Source: Eledone cirrhosa (lineage: Eukaryota). From it: a DNA stretch of 64,000 nucleotides. The notes under the pieces were generated by a model. The model searched no databases, was not told where the DNA came from, and saw nothing but the letters and a program-made list of their open reading frames with translations. This document shows, piece after piece, positions 1 through 13,400 of this stretch. Position 1 is the stretch's first letter, and the number at the start of each line of letters is the position of its first letter. The stretch covers positions 7,006,001 through 7,070,000 of the forward strand of contig OZ024749.1 in NCBI GenBank assembly GCA_964016885.1, in the 5' to 3' direction. Made by a program: the position numbers and the translations under genes.

Positions 1-64
1 CGTCTGACCACGTCTACTTCCATTTAACCGTGCACATCTGAATTTCAACCACCACCCATTTCAC

Positions 65-325
65 AAATATATATTAGATATGTTATATTCTATGTGTTAC
101 ATGTTATATATATATATGTTACATATTATTTGTTATATATACTATATATATATATGTTATATTCTATATACTATATATTATGTGTTACATGTTATATATA
201 TAAATATATATGTTATATTCTATACATTATATATTATGTGTTTCATGTTATATATGTTACATATTATTTGTTATATGTTATATTCTATACATTATATATT
301 ATATGTTAGATAATTATATAAAATT
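65..325. repeat. AT-rich degenerate tandem repeat (tatgttatattctata... units)
   Basis: Recurring 'tatgttatattctata', 'atgtgttacatgttatata' and 'ttacatattatttgttata' blocks. Confidence 0.7.
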
Positions 326-399
326 ACAACAGAAAATACTAGCACAAAAGAAGAGCTGAAAATTATAGGTTTATCTAATAAATTTGAAATTACGGAAAG

Positions 400-1324
400 A
401 TATATATATATATATATAGATATTCATACATGAATATGTATGAATATCTATACTTACCTATCTATATATATACATACATACACACACACATATATATATA
501 CATCTATATACGCACATATATATATACACATACAGTTATAGATATATACAAAAAATGGATAATGATGCTGAACTAATTATATGGTGTTTGTCGTGTGATT
601 TATACCGTTTTACAAGTAAATTTCATGCCACTGTTTATTTCTATATTATATATATATATATATGTATATATATACATATATATAAATATTTATATATATA
701 TATGTATATATATATGTATATATATACATATATATAAATATTTATATATATATATATAAGTATATATATGTAAATATATACATATAAATATTTATAGATA
801 TACATATGTATATATATGTAAATATATACATATATATAAATATTTATATATATACATATGTATATATATGTATATGTATATACATATGTATATATGTATA
901 TATATACATGTGTATATGTATATATATACATATGTATATATATATATAAGTATATATATACATATGTATATATATATATAAGTATATATATACATATGTA
1001 TATATATATATTTATATATATACATATGTATATATATGTATATATATACATAAGTATATATATATTTATATATAAATATACATATGTGTATATATGTATA
1101 TATATACATATGTATATATATATATATGTATATATATACATATGTATATATATATATAACTATATATATATGTATATGTATATATATACATATGTCTATA
1201 TATATATGTATATATATATATATAACTATATGAATATATATAACTATATATATATATGAATATATATAACTATATATATATGAATATATATAACTATATA
1301 TATATATATATGAATATATATAAC

Positions 1325-1373
<49 letters not shown>

Positions 1374-1390
1374 TTATATATATGTATATA
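400..1390. repeat. (TA)n/(TATG)n compound microsatellite
   Basis: Directly visible, interrupted by a short unique segment at about 550-640. Confidence 0.95.
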
Positions 1391-1971
1391 CATTTATTTT
1401 TATATGGTTTCGTTAAAATTCCGAAACCTGATATTATGCTTAATGACAAATTACTGCGATATCTCAAGATAAAGGGAATAAAGAAAATACGAGATTAATC
1501 GCAGTTTTGGTTTTTTTTTAATATTTTCTCCCTTTTTCAAATTTCAAATTAAGATCGATATGACCATATACAATTATATCTTGTATTCCCTCTCTCATTG
1601 TATCTGTGTGGGTCCATAAATTTATATATATCTGTGTGTGTGTGTGTGTGTGTATCTATATCTATATATATATATATAATAATGAAATATTGTGTACAGT
1701 GCTCAGGTGCACTACAACTCATCAAAAAGTGTATGTATAGTATATAGGGTAATGTACAAACGTCAGGAAAATGAACAGTGCATGAGTATATATATATGCA
1801 TGTCTGTGTGTGTGTATTAAATATTAATGCAGAACACATAAGACAAATTTAATGTAGATATAAATCAGGTCTTTGAAATAGATGCCTAGCTGTGAATGGA
1901 AGGAATTGTAAACTCACTTTCTACACAGAAAAATTAAAAGGTATGTATGTATGTATATATATATATATACA

Positions 1972-2264
1972 TGAAGGACCCCTAGCCTTTGTCAGGGCAT
2001 TCTTCTAGGAGAAGGCAACTCACAAAATTGGTATAACTCCGACATAAAACCTGCGGCTCAGTAGTTACCGATGAAAGTTGATCTTTTATTCTTTTCGGGT
2101 TATAGCTACTGTCGCTCAGGGAGTGGGATTGGCTCAGTGCACAGTCTTTCCTCACTTAAAAAAATATCTTCACGCACAGGCATTGCACGATAGAATTAAT
2201 TGATAATTATAAATAATGGTATATTGTGCAATGGCCATACTCGACAACGAGGGGGCAGCCATCA
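1972..2264 (+). mobile_element. 5'-truncated non-autonomous bipartite RTE-derived element (related subfamily)
   Basis: Shares 'gacccct(t)agc..tttgtca.ggca..ttctaggagaagg', 'gcacaggcattgc' and the 3' end 'tggcc.tactcga.aacgag..ggcagcca.cat' with the reverse complement of 39588-40177 and 51264-51860. Flanked by (TA)n. Confidence 0.75.
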
Positions 2265-3029
2265 TATATATATATATATCGTTGACTTAAAAACACACAA
2301 TATTCCCTTACAATCAAAGAAGCTCAAGAAAGAAATTCCGAGCTCTTTATAACACAGTTAAGTTAGAAATACACATAAATATATGTGTTGAAAATATAAT
2401 GGATATAAAGCCACCAGGGTGGCGAACATATTAACTACGGATAGAACGGTTGAGACAAATTAATAGAATAAATCAAAGCAAACAATCCGACCATTATAAC
2501 TATAAACTTCCAGGCACGTTCAAAATAGAACCATGTTTTGTTATATAATGTGAAGAGTGTGTATTACAGGAATAGCTCGTCGGTGGAGGTCTGTGTGAAA
2601 CATGCTCCTCACATCTAGAGAGATATTAGAAGAGTTGAAAAAACAGACTTGTATTAAAGAAGAGAGACACAAATATTGATCAGCACACAGTGGCGCAAAT
2701 ATATTGTTCGGTTGCTAAAAATAAATACCAAGTCTTTTTGTCCAGCACGCTTATGATATATAAGCTGGACATTGATGACGATGTGTGGAGAGATGGTGTG
2801 ATGTAAAGGTCAATCCAACTGAGGCAATCGTGGATAACTGGACATAGAAATGATGGATAATGATTGAAGTAATTTCAGATAACATCCAAAACCAAAATCA
2901 CATTCAATAAGAAAAAAAGTGAGATAAATTCATATTTATTCTACGTAGTATTGTTTGTAATAAATTATCTGGCCCTGACAGTCTCATTACTTATTTGCTT
3001 CTTTATCTTAACTATCTGTTAAAACTGAA

Positions 3030-3355
3030 ACAGTTCTCCACACATGTCTTAGACCTACTATATATTGTCAGAAAAGTAACGATGTGTTGGTCACAGGTGG
3101 AATGTCATTGATCACTGGCTCAATACTGGCCTGATGTTAAATCACAATCAGACAGTCTCTATATGGTGACACAAACTGCTAGAGACAGTAGCCAGATTTT
3201 CCTCAACTCGAGTGTGTTCAAAGAGGAGGAGGGAAACAGTAGATAATGTAATCGGAGAGACATTATATCTGAATTAAAGATGGGATGGTCATAACTGGAA
3301 TGCCTTTCACTATAGGTTCTGCTTAATCATTGCTGACCTGGGCCTCAACAACATT
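3030..3355 (+). mobile_element. degenerate SINE 3'-region copies (ggatggtcac.gctggaa... motif)
   Basis: Motif 'ggtca(c/t)a.ctggaatg.c.tt.a.c...ctgacctgg' occurs at about 3088 and 3283, and again at 4025 and 4212. Confidence 0.5.
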
Positions 3356-3374
3356 GATATACAATAAAGTATTT

Positions 3375-3550
3375 AGGGGCAAAGCCAAATATTTTAGAGG
3401 AGGGGAAAGATAAATCAACTCCAGTGTATTACTGGTACTTTATTTCATCGACCCCGTAAGGACGAAAGGCAAAGTTAACGTCAGTGGGATTTGCGATTCA
3501 GAAAGTAAAGAGCCATAACTCTGTGCCGCAAAGCATGTTGTCCGATGCTG
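3375..3550 (-). mobile_element. Meta-domain-type tRNA-derived SINE, degenerate
   Basis: 'actggtactttatttcatcgaccccgtaaggacgaaaggcaaagttaac' matches the copies at 60311 (+) and 63547 (-). Confidence 0.75.
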
Positions 3551-3639
3551 GTGTAGATAATGTAGTGCGCAATAGACAATATGAAGTTTCTCAAGGCTCA
3601 TCAGGACCGAGCTTACCCTGTATTGATACGTTTGAACAT

Positions 3640-4335
3640 CCCTCAGGTGCCTTGGACTCACCATTATAAGATTATGGGTTCAATGTACAGACCATGAGAT
3701 GCATTGAGTCCTTAAGCAAGGTGCTTTATTCCACATTGCTCCAGTGCACTCAGTTGAAAATAACTGCCAGCAGCAGTTAGGGCAAGGTGTGGGTGGTGGG
3801 TAAGTGTAGGTCAACCATGCAACCGATTAGCATTGGGTTGGGTACTTAGATTGGGTAGTGTGTTGTGTCCTTGAGCAAGACACTTTATTCCACACCACTC
3901 CAGTTGACTCAGCAGATAATTAAGTGTCCAGCATCATCAGCAGCTAAGGGCAAGTTAACTTTGTGGTTGCTAAACACATCACTATATCTCACCCCTACCC
4001 TCCACACACACGCGCAAATTAATGGGATGGTCGTGCTTGGAACGTCTGCAGTCCTAAATCTATGAAATAAAGAGTGACCTGGTGATAAATGATCATCATC
4101 ATCAACATCAACAACATCATCAACAACAACAAAACAGTAGCGATGACACCCGTGATGCTGACAACATTGCAAATAACAACAACAGTAGACAGATTATCAA
4201 AGACAAAAACAGGATGGTCACAGCTGGAACGTCTTTGATCCTAAATCTAAAAAAAAGAGATTGGCCTGGAAATAGATATCATCAGCAACAACAAAACAAC
4301 AGTGCCCCTGCTGCCTGACGACAACAACAACAAGA
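3640..4335 (+). mobile_element. degenerate CORE-type SINE fragments with (CAA)/(CAT) tails
   Basis: 'gtccttgagcaagacactttattccac...ctccag' occurs at about 3708 and 3867. The 3' motif is repeated twice and ends in caa/cat repeats. Confidence 0.55.
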
Positions 4336-4454
4336 CCAGTAGACATATTAAAGAAAATGTGGTTTAATCAATCTCAAAATAAGAAAAAAATAGATTGAGT
4401 AAAAAGAAGGGAATTTAAAACAAGAAAATATTTAAAAAATAGAAAAGGAAGAGA

Positions 4455-7400
4455 AAGGGAAGGCTGTAGTGTGACATAATATAAAGGGGGAGAAAGGGAA
4501 GGGCTGTAGTGTGACAGAATATAAAGGGAGGGAAAGACAAGGGCTGTAGTGTGACAGAATATAAAGGTAGGGAAAGACAAGGGCTGTAGTGTGACAGAAT
4601 ATAAAGGGAGGGAAAGGGAAGGGCTGTAGTGTGACAGAATATAAAGGGGGAGAAAGGGACAGGGCTGTAGTTTGACAGAATATAAAGGGAGGGAAAGACA
4701 AGGGCTGTAGTGTGACAGAATATAAAGGGAGGGAAAGACAAGGGCTGTAGTGTGACAGAATATAAAGGGAGGGAAAAGGAAGGGCTGTAGTGTGACAGAA
4801 TATAAAGGGGGAGAAAGGGAAGGGCTGTAGTTTGACAGAATATAAAGGAAGGGAAAGGGAAGGGCTGTAGTGTGACAGAATATAAAGGGGGAGAAAGGGA
4901 AGGGCTGTAGTGTGACAGAATATAAAGGGAGGGAAAGACAAGGGCTGTAGTGTGACAGAATATAAAGGGAGGGAAAGACAAGGGCTGTAGTGTGACAGAA
5001 TATAAAGGGAGGGAAAGGGAAGGGCTGTAGTGTGACAGAATATAAAGGGAGGGAAAGGGAAGGGCTGTAGTGTGACAGAATATAAAGGGAGGGAAAGGGA
5101 AGGGCTGTAGTGTGACAGAATATAAAGGGGGAGAAAGGGAAGGGCTGTAGTGTGACAGAATATAAAGGGAGGGAAAGACAAGGGCTGTAGTGTGACAGAA
5201 TATAAAGGGAGGGAAAGACAAGGGCTGTAGTGTGACAGAATATAAAGGGAGGGAAAGGGAAGGGCTGTAGTGTGACAGAATATAAAGGGAGGGAAAGACA
5301 AGGGCTGTAGTGTGACAGAATATAAAGGGAGGGAAAGGGAAGGGCTGTAGTGTGACAGAATATAAAGGGGGAGAAAGGGAAGGGCTGTAGTGTGACAGAA
5401 TATAAAGGGAGGGAAAGGGAAGGGCTGTAGTGTGGCAGAATATAAAGGAAGGGAAAGGGAAGGGCTGTATTGTGACAGAATATAAAGGAAGGGAAAAGGA
5501 AGGGCTGTATTGTGACAGAATATAAAAGGGAAAGGGAAGGTCTGTATTGTGACAGAATATAAAGGAAGGGAAAGGGAAGGGCTGTATTATGACAGAATAT
5601 AAAGGAAGGGAAAGGGAAGGGCTGTAGTGTGACAGAATATAAAGGGAGGGAAAGGGAAGGGCTATAGTGTGACAGAATATAAAGGAAGGGAAAGGGAAGG
5701 GCTGTGGTGTGACAGAATATAAAGGGAGGGAAAGGGAAGGGCTATAGTGTGACAGAATATAAAGGAAGGGAAAGGGAAGGGCTGTGGTGTGACAGAATAT
5801 AAAGGAAGGGAAAGGGAAGGGCTGTGGTGTGACAGAATATAAATGGAGGGAAAGGGAAGGGCTATAGTGTGACAGAATATAAAGGGAGGGGAAGGGAAGG
5901 GCTGTAGTGTGACAGAATATAAAGGAAGGGAAAGGGAAGGGCTATAGTGTGACAGAATATAAAGGAAGGGAAAGGGAAGGGCTGTGGTGTGACAGAATAT
6001 AAATGGAGGGAAAGGGAAGGGCTGTAGTGTGACAGAATATAAAGGAAGGGAAAGGGAAGGGCTGTGGTGTGACAGAATATAAAGGAAGGGAAAGGGAAGG
6101 GCTATAGTGTGACAGAATATAAAGGAAGGGAAAGGGAAGGGCTGTGGTGTGACAGAATATAAATGGAGGGAAAGGGAAGGGCTGTAGTGTGACAGAATAT
6201 AAAGGAAGGGAAAGGGAAGGGCTATAGTGTGACAGAATATAAAGGAAGGGAAAGGGAAGGGCTGTGGTGTGACAGAATATAAATGGAGGGAAAGGGAAGG
6301 GCTGTAGTGTGACAGAATATAAAGGAAGGGAAAGGGAAGGGCTGTAGTGTGACAGAATATAAAGGAAGGGAAAGGGAAGGCTGTAGTTTGACAGAATATA
6401 AAGGGAGGGAAAGGGAAGGGCTGTAGTGTGACAGAATATAAAGGAAGGGAAAGGGAAGGGCTGTAGTGTGACAGAATATAAAGGGAGGGAAAGGGAAGGG
6501 CTGTAGTGTGACAGAATATAAAGGAAGGGAAAGGGAAGGGCTGTAGTGTGACAGAATATAAAGGGAGGGAAAGGGAAGGTCTGTAGTGTGACAGAATATA
6601 AAGGAAGGGAAAGGGAAGGGCTGTAGTGTGACAGAATATAAAGGGAGGGAAAGGGAAGGTCTGTAGTGTGACAGAATATAAAGGGAGGGAAAGAGAAGGG
6701 CTGTAGTGTGACAGAATATAAAGGAAGGGAAAGGGAAGGGCTGTAGTGTGACAGAATATAAAGGAAGGGAAAGAGAAGGGCTGTAGTGTGACAGAATATA
6801 AAGGAAGGGAAAGGGAAGGGCTGTAATTTGACAGAATATAAAGGGAGGGAAAGGGAAGGGCTGTAGTGTGACAGAATATAAATGGAGGGAAAGGGAAGGG
6901 CTGTAGTTTGACAGAATATAAAGGAAGGGAAAGGGAAGGGCTGTAGTGTGACAGAATATAAAGGGAGGGAAAGGGAAGGGCTGTAGTGTGACAGAATATA
7001 AAGGAAGGGAAAGGGAAGGGCTGTAGTGTGACAGAATATAAAGGAAGGGAAAGGGAAGGGCTGTAGTGTGACAGAATATAAAGGAAGGGAAAGGGAAGGG
7101 CTGTAGTGTGACAGAATATAAAGGGAGGGAAAGGGAAGGGCTGTAGTGTGACAGAATATAAAGGAAGGGAAAGGGAAGGGCTGTAGTGTGACAGAATATA
7201 AAGGAAGGGAAAGGGAAGGGCTGTAGTGTGACAGAATATAAAGGAAGGGAAAGGGAAGGGCTGTAGTGTGACAGAATATAAATGGAGGGAAAGGGAAGGG
7301 CTGTAGTTTGACAGAATATAAAGGAAGGGAAAGGGAAGGGCTGTAGTGTGACAGAATATAAAGGGAGGGAAAGGGAAGGGCTGTAGTTTGACAGAATATA

Positions 7401-10400
7401 AAGGAAGGGAAAGGGAAGGGCTGTAGTGTGACAGAATATAAAGGGAGGGAAAGGGAAGGGCTGTAGTGTGACAGAATATAAAGGAAGGGAAAGGGAAGGG
7501 CTGTAGTGTGACAGAATATAAAGGAAGGGAAAGGGAAGGGCTGTAGTGTGACAGAATATAAAGGGAGGGAAAGGGAAGGGCTGTAGTGTGACAGAATATA
7601 AAGGAAGGGAAAGGGAAGGGCTGTAGTGTGACAGAATATAAAGGGAGGGAAAGGGAAGGGCTGTAGTTTGACAGAATATAAAGGAAGGGAAAGGGAAGGG
7701 CTGTAGTGTGACAGAATATAAAGGAAGGGAAAGGGAAGGGCTGTAGTGTGACAGAATATAAAGGGAGGGAAAGGGAAGGGCTGTAGTTTGACAGAATATA
7801 AAGGAAGGGAAAGGGAAGGGCTGTAGTGTGACAGAATATAAAGGGAGGGAAAGGGAAGGGCTGTAGTGTGACAGAATATAAAGGAAGGGAAAGGGAAGGG
7901 CTGTAGTGTGACAGAATATAAAGGAAGGGAAAGGGAAGGGCTGTAGTGTGACAGAATATAAAGGAAGGGAAAGGGAAGGGCTGTAGTGTGACAGAATATA
8001 AATGGAGGGAAAGGGAAGGGCTGTAGTTTGACAGAATATAAAGGAAGGGAAAGGGAAGGGCTGTAGTGTGACAGAATATAAAGGGAGGGAAAGGGAAGGG
8101 CTGTAGTGTGACAGAATATAAAGGAAGGGAAAGGGAAGGGCTGTAGTGTGACAGAATATAAAGGAAGGGAAAGGGAAGGGCTGTAGTGTGACAGAATATA
8201 AAGGGAGGGAAAGGGAAGGGCTGTAGTGTGACAGAATATAAAGGAAGGGAAAGGGAAGGGCTGTAGTGTGACAGAATATAAAGGGAGGGAAAGGGAAGGG
8301 CTGTAGTTTGACAGAATATAAAGGAAGGGAAAGGGAAGGGCTGTAGTGTGACAGAATATAAAGGGAGGGAAAGAGAAGGGCTGTAGTGTGACAGAATATA
8401 AAGGGAGGGAAAGGGAAGGGCTGTAGTGTGACAGAATATAAAGGAAGGGAAAGGGAAGGGCTGTAGTGTGACAGAATATAAAGGAAGGGAAAGGGAAGGG
8501 CTGTAGTGTGACAGAATATAAAGGAAGGGAAAGGGAAGGGCTGTAGTGTGACAGAATATAAATGGAGGGAAAGGGAAGGGCTGTAGTTTGACAGAATATA
8601 AAGGAAGGGAAAGGGAAGGGCTGTAGTGTGACAGAATATAAAGGGAGGGAAAGAGAAGGGCTGTAGTGTGACAGAATATAAAGGAAGGGAAAGGGAAGGG
8701 CTGTAGTGTGACAGAATATAAAGGGAGGGAAAGAGAAGGGCTGTAGTGTGACAGAATATAAAGGGAGGGAAAGGGAAGGGCTGTAGTGTGACAGAATATA
8801 AAGGGAGGGAAAGGGAAGGGCTGTAGTGTGACAGAATATAAAGGGAGGGAAAGAGAAGGGCTGTAGTGTGACAGAATATAAAGGGAGGGAAAGGGAAGGG
8901 CTGTAGTGTGACAGAATATAAAGGGAGGGAAAGGGAAGGGCTGTAGTGTGACAGAATATAAAGGGAGGGAAAGAGAAGGGCTGTAGTGTGACAGAATATA
9001 AAGGGAGGGAAAGGGAAGGGCTGTAGTGTGACAGAATATAAAGGAAGGGAAAGGGAAGGGCTGTAGTGTGACAGAATATAAAGGAAGGGAAAGGGAAGGG
9101 CTGTAGTGTGACAGAATATAAAGGAAGGGAAAGGGAAGGGCTGTAGTGTGACAGAATATAAAGGGAGGGAAAGGGAAGGGCTGTAGTGTGACAGAATATA
9201 AAGGAAGGGAAAGGGAAGGGCTGTAGTGTGACAGAATATAAAGGGAGGGAAAGGGAAGGGCTGTAGTTTGACAGAATATAAAGGAAGGGAAAGGGAAGGG
9301 CTGTAGTGTGACAGAATATAAAGGGAGGGAAAGAGAAGGGCTGTAGTGTGACAGAATATAAAGGGAGGGAAAGGGAAGGGCTGTAGTGTGACAGAATATA
9401 AAGGGAGGGAAAGGGAAGGGCTGTAGTGTGACAGAATATAAAGGAAGGGAAAGGGAAGGGCTGTAGTGTGACAGAATATAAAGGGAGGGAAAGAGAAGGG
9501 CTGTAGTGTGACAGAATATAAAGGAAGGGAAAGGGAAGGGCTGTAGTGTGACAGAATATAAAGGGAGGGAAAGGGAAGGGCTGTAGTGTGACAGAATATA
9601 AAGGGAGGGAAAGGGAAGGGCTGTAGTGTGACAGAATATAAAGGGAGGGAAAGAGAAGGGCTGTAGTGTGACAGAATATAAAGGGAGGGAAAGGGAAGGG
9701 CTGTAGTGTGACAGAATATAAAGGGAGGGAAAGGGAAGGGCTGTAGTGTGACAGAATATAAAGGGAGGGAAAGAGAAGGGCTGTAGTGTGACAGAATATA
9801 AAGGGAGGGAAAGGGAAGGGCTGTAGTGTGACAGAATATAAAGGAAGGGAAAGGGAAGGGCTGTAGTGTGACAGAATATAAAGGAAGGGAAAGGGAAGGG
9901 CTGTAGTGTGACAGAATATAAAGGAAGGGAAAGGGAAGGGCTGTAGTGTGACAGAATATAAAGGGAGGGAAAGGGAAGGGCTGTAGTGTGACAGAATATA
10001 AAGGAAGGGAAAGGGAAGGGCTGTAGTGTGACAGAATATAAAGGGAGGGAAAGGGAAGGGCTGTAGTTTGACAGAATATAAAGGAAGGGAAAGGGAAGGG
10101 CTGTAGTGTGACAGAATATAAAGGGAGGGAAAGAGAAGGGCTGTAGTGTGACAGAATATAAAGGGAGGGAAAGGGAAGGGCTGTAGTGTGACAGAATATA
10201 AAGGGAGGGAAAGGGAAGGGCTGTAGTGTGACAGAATATAAAGGAAGGGAAAGGGAAGGGCTGTAGTGTGACAGAATATAAAGGGAGGGAAAGAGAAGGG
10301 CTGTAGTGTGACAGAATATAAAGGAAGGGAAAGGGAAGGGCTGTAGTGTGACAGAATATAAAGGGAGGGAAAGGGAAGGGCTGTAGTGTGACAGAATATA

Positions 10401-13400
10401 AAGGAAGGGAAAGGGAAGGGCTGTAGTGTGACAGAATATAAAGGGAGGGAAAGGGAAGGGCTGTAGTTTGACAGAATATAAAGGAAGGGAAAGGGAAGGG
10501 CTGTAGTGTGACAGAATATAAAGGAAGGGAAAGGGAAGGGCTGTAGTGTGACAGAATATAAAGGGAGGGAAAGGGAAGGGCTGTAGTTTGACAGAATATA
10601 AAGGAAGGGAAAGGGAAGGGCTGTAGTGTGACAGAATATAAAGGGAGGGAAAGGGAAGGGCTGTAGTGTGACAGAATATAAATGGAGGGAAAGACAAGGG
10701 CTGTAGTGTGACAGAATATAAAGGGAGGGAAAGGGAAGGGCTGTAGTTTGACAGAATATAAAGGGAGGGAAAGGGAAGGGCTGTAGTGTGACAGAATATA
10801 AAGGAAGGGAAAGGGAAGGGCTGTAGTGTGACAGAATATAAAGGGAGGGAAAGACAAGGGCTGTAGTGTGACAGAATATAAATGGAGGGAAAGGCAAGGG
10901 CTGTAGTGTGACAGAATATAAAGGGAGGGAAAGGGAAGGGCTGTAGTTTGACAGAATATAAAGGGAGGGAAAGGGAAGGGCTGTAGTGTGACAGAATATA
11001 AAGGAAGGGAAAGGGAAGGGCTGTAGTGTGACAGAATATAAAGGGAGGGAAAGGGAAGGGCTGTAGTGTGACAGAATATAAAGGGAGGGAAAGGGAAGGG
11101 CTGTAGTGTGACAGAATATAAAGGGAGGGAAAGACAAGGGCTGTAGTGTGACAGAATATAAAGGAAGGGAAAGGGAAGGGCTGTAGTGTGACAGAATATA
11201 AAGGAAGGGAAAGGGAAGGGCTGTAGTGTGACAGAATATAAAGGAAGGGAAAGGGAAGGGCTGTAGTGTGACAGAATATAAAGGGAGGGAAAGGGAAGGG
11301 CTGTAGTGTGACAGAATATAAAGGGAGGGAAAGGGAAGGGCTGTAGTGTGACAGAATATAAAGGAAGGGAAAGGGAAGGGCTGTAGTGTGACAGAATATA
11401 AAGGGAGGGAAAGGGAAGGGCTGTAGTGTGACAGAATATAAAGGGAGGGAAAGACAAGGGCTGTAGTGTGACAGAATATAAAGGAAGGGAAAGGGAAGGG
11501 CTGTAGTGTGACAGAATATAAAGGGAGGGAAAGGGAAGGGCTGTAGTGTGACAGAATATAAAGGGAGGGAAAGGGAAGGGCTGTAGTGTGACAGAATATA
11601 AAGGGAGGGAAAGGGAAGGGCTGTAGTGTGACAGAATATAAAGGGAGGGAAAGAGAAGGGCTGTAGTGTGACAGAATATAAAGGGAGGGAAAGGGAAGGG
11701 CTGTAGTGTGACAGAATATAAAGGGAGGGAAAGGGAAGGGCTGTAGTGTGACAGAATATAAAGGGAGGGAAAGAGAAGGGCTGTAGTGTGACAGAATATA
11801 AAGGGAGGGAAAGGGAAGGGCTGTAGTGTGACAGAATATAAAGGGAGGGAAAGGGAAGGGCTGTAGTGTGACAGAATATAAAGGAAGGGAAAGGGAAGGG
11901 CTGTAGTGTGACAGAATATAAAGGAAGGGAAAGGGAAGGGCTGTAGTGTGACAGAATATAAAGGGAGGGAAAGGGAAGGCTGTAGTGTGACAGAATGTAA
12001 AGGGGGAGAAAGGGAAGGGCTGTAGTGTGACAGAATATAAAGGAAGGGAAAGGGAAGGGCTGTAGTGTGACAGAATATAAAGGAAGGGAAAGGGAAGGGC
12101 TGTAGTGTGACAGAATATAAAGGGAGGGAAAGGGAAGGCTGTAGTGTGACAGAATGTAAAGGGGAGAAAGGGAGGCTGTAGTGTGACAGAATATAAAGGA
12201 AGGGAAAGGGAAGGGCTGTAGTGTGACAGAATATAAAGGAAGGGAAAGGGAAGGGCTGTAGTGTGACAGAATATAAAGGGAGGGAAAGAGAAGGGCTGTA
12301 GTGTGACAGAATATAAAGGGAGGGAAAGAGAAGGGCTGTAGTGTGACAGAATATAAAGGAAGGGAAAGGGAAGGGCTGTAGTGTGACAGAATATAAAGGA
12401 AGGGAAAGGGAAGGGCTGTAGTGTGACAGAATATAAAGGGAGGGAAAGGGAAGGGCTGTAGTGTGACAGAATATAAAGGGAGGGAAAGGGAAGGCTGTAG
12501 TTTGACAGAATATAAAGGGAGGGAAAGGGAAGGCTGTAGTTTGACAGAATATAAAGGGAGGGAAAGGGAAGGCTGTAGTTTGACAGAATATAAAGGGAGG
12601 GAAAGGGAAGGCTGTAGTTTGACAGAATATAAAGGGAGGGAAAGGGAAGGCTGTAGTGTGACAGAATGTAAAGGGGGAGAAAGGGAAGGGCTGTAGTTTG
12701 ACAGAATATAAAGGGAGGGAAAGACAAGAGCTGTAGTGTGACAGAATATAAAGGAAGGGAAAGGGAAGGGCTGTAGTGTGACAGAATATAAAGGGAGGGA
12801 AAGGGAAGGGCTGTAGTTTGACAGAATATAAAGGGAGGGAAAGGGAAGGCTGTAGTGTGACAGAATATAAAGGGAGGGAAAGGGAAGGGCTGTAGTTTGA
12901 CAGAATATAAAGGGAGGGAAAGAGAAGGGCTGTAGTGTGACAGAATATAAAGGGAGGGAAAGAGAAGGGCTGTAGTGTGACAGAATATAAAGGGAGGGAA
13001 AGAGAAGGGCTGTAGTGTGACAGAATATAAAGGGAGGGAAAGGGAAGGGCTGTAGTGTGACAGAATATAAAGGGAGGGAAAGAGAAGGGCTGTAGTGTGA
13101 CAGAATATAAAGGAAGGGAAAGGGAAGGGCTGTAGTGTGACAGAATATAAAGGAAGGGAAAGGGAAGGGCTGTAGTGTGACAGAATATAAAGGGAGGGAA
13201 AGGGAAGGGCTGTAGTGTGACAGAATATAAAGGGAGGGAAAGGGAAGGCTGTAGTTTGACAGAATATAAAGGGAGGGAAAGGGAAGGCTGTAGTTTGACA
13301 GAATATAAAGGGAGGGAAAGGGAAGGCTGTAGTTTGACAGAATATAAAGGGAGGGAAAGGGAAGGCTGTAGTTTGACAGAATATAAAGGGAGGGAAAGGG

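Noticed and set aside
3586-3610. CTGATGA...GAAA on the minus strand as a hammerhead
   Set aside because: The intervening gccttga forms no stem II, and no stem I or III pairing is found.
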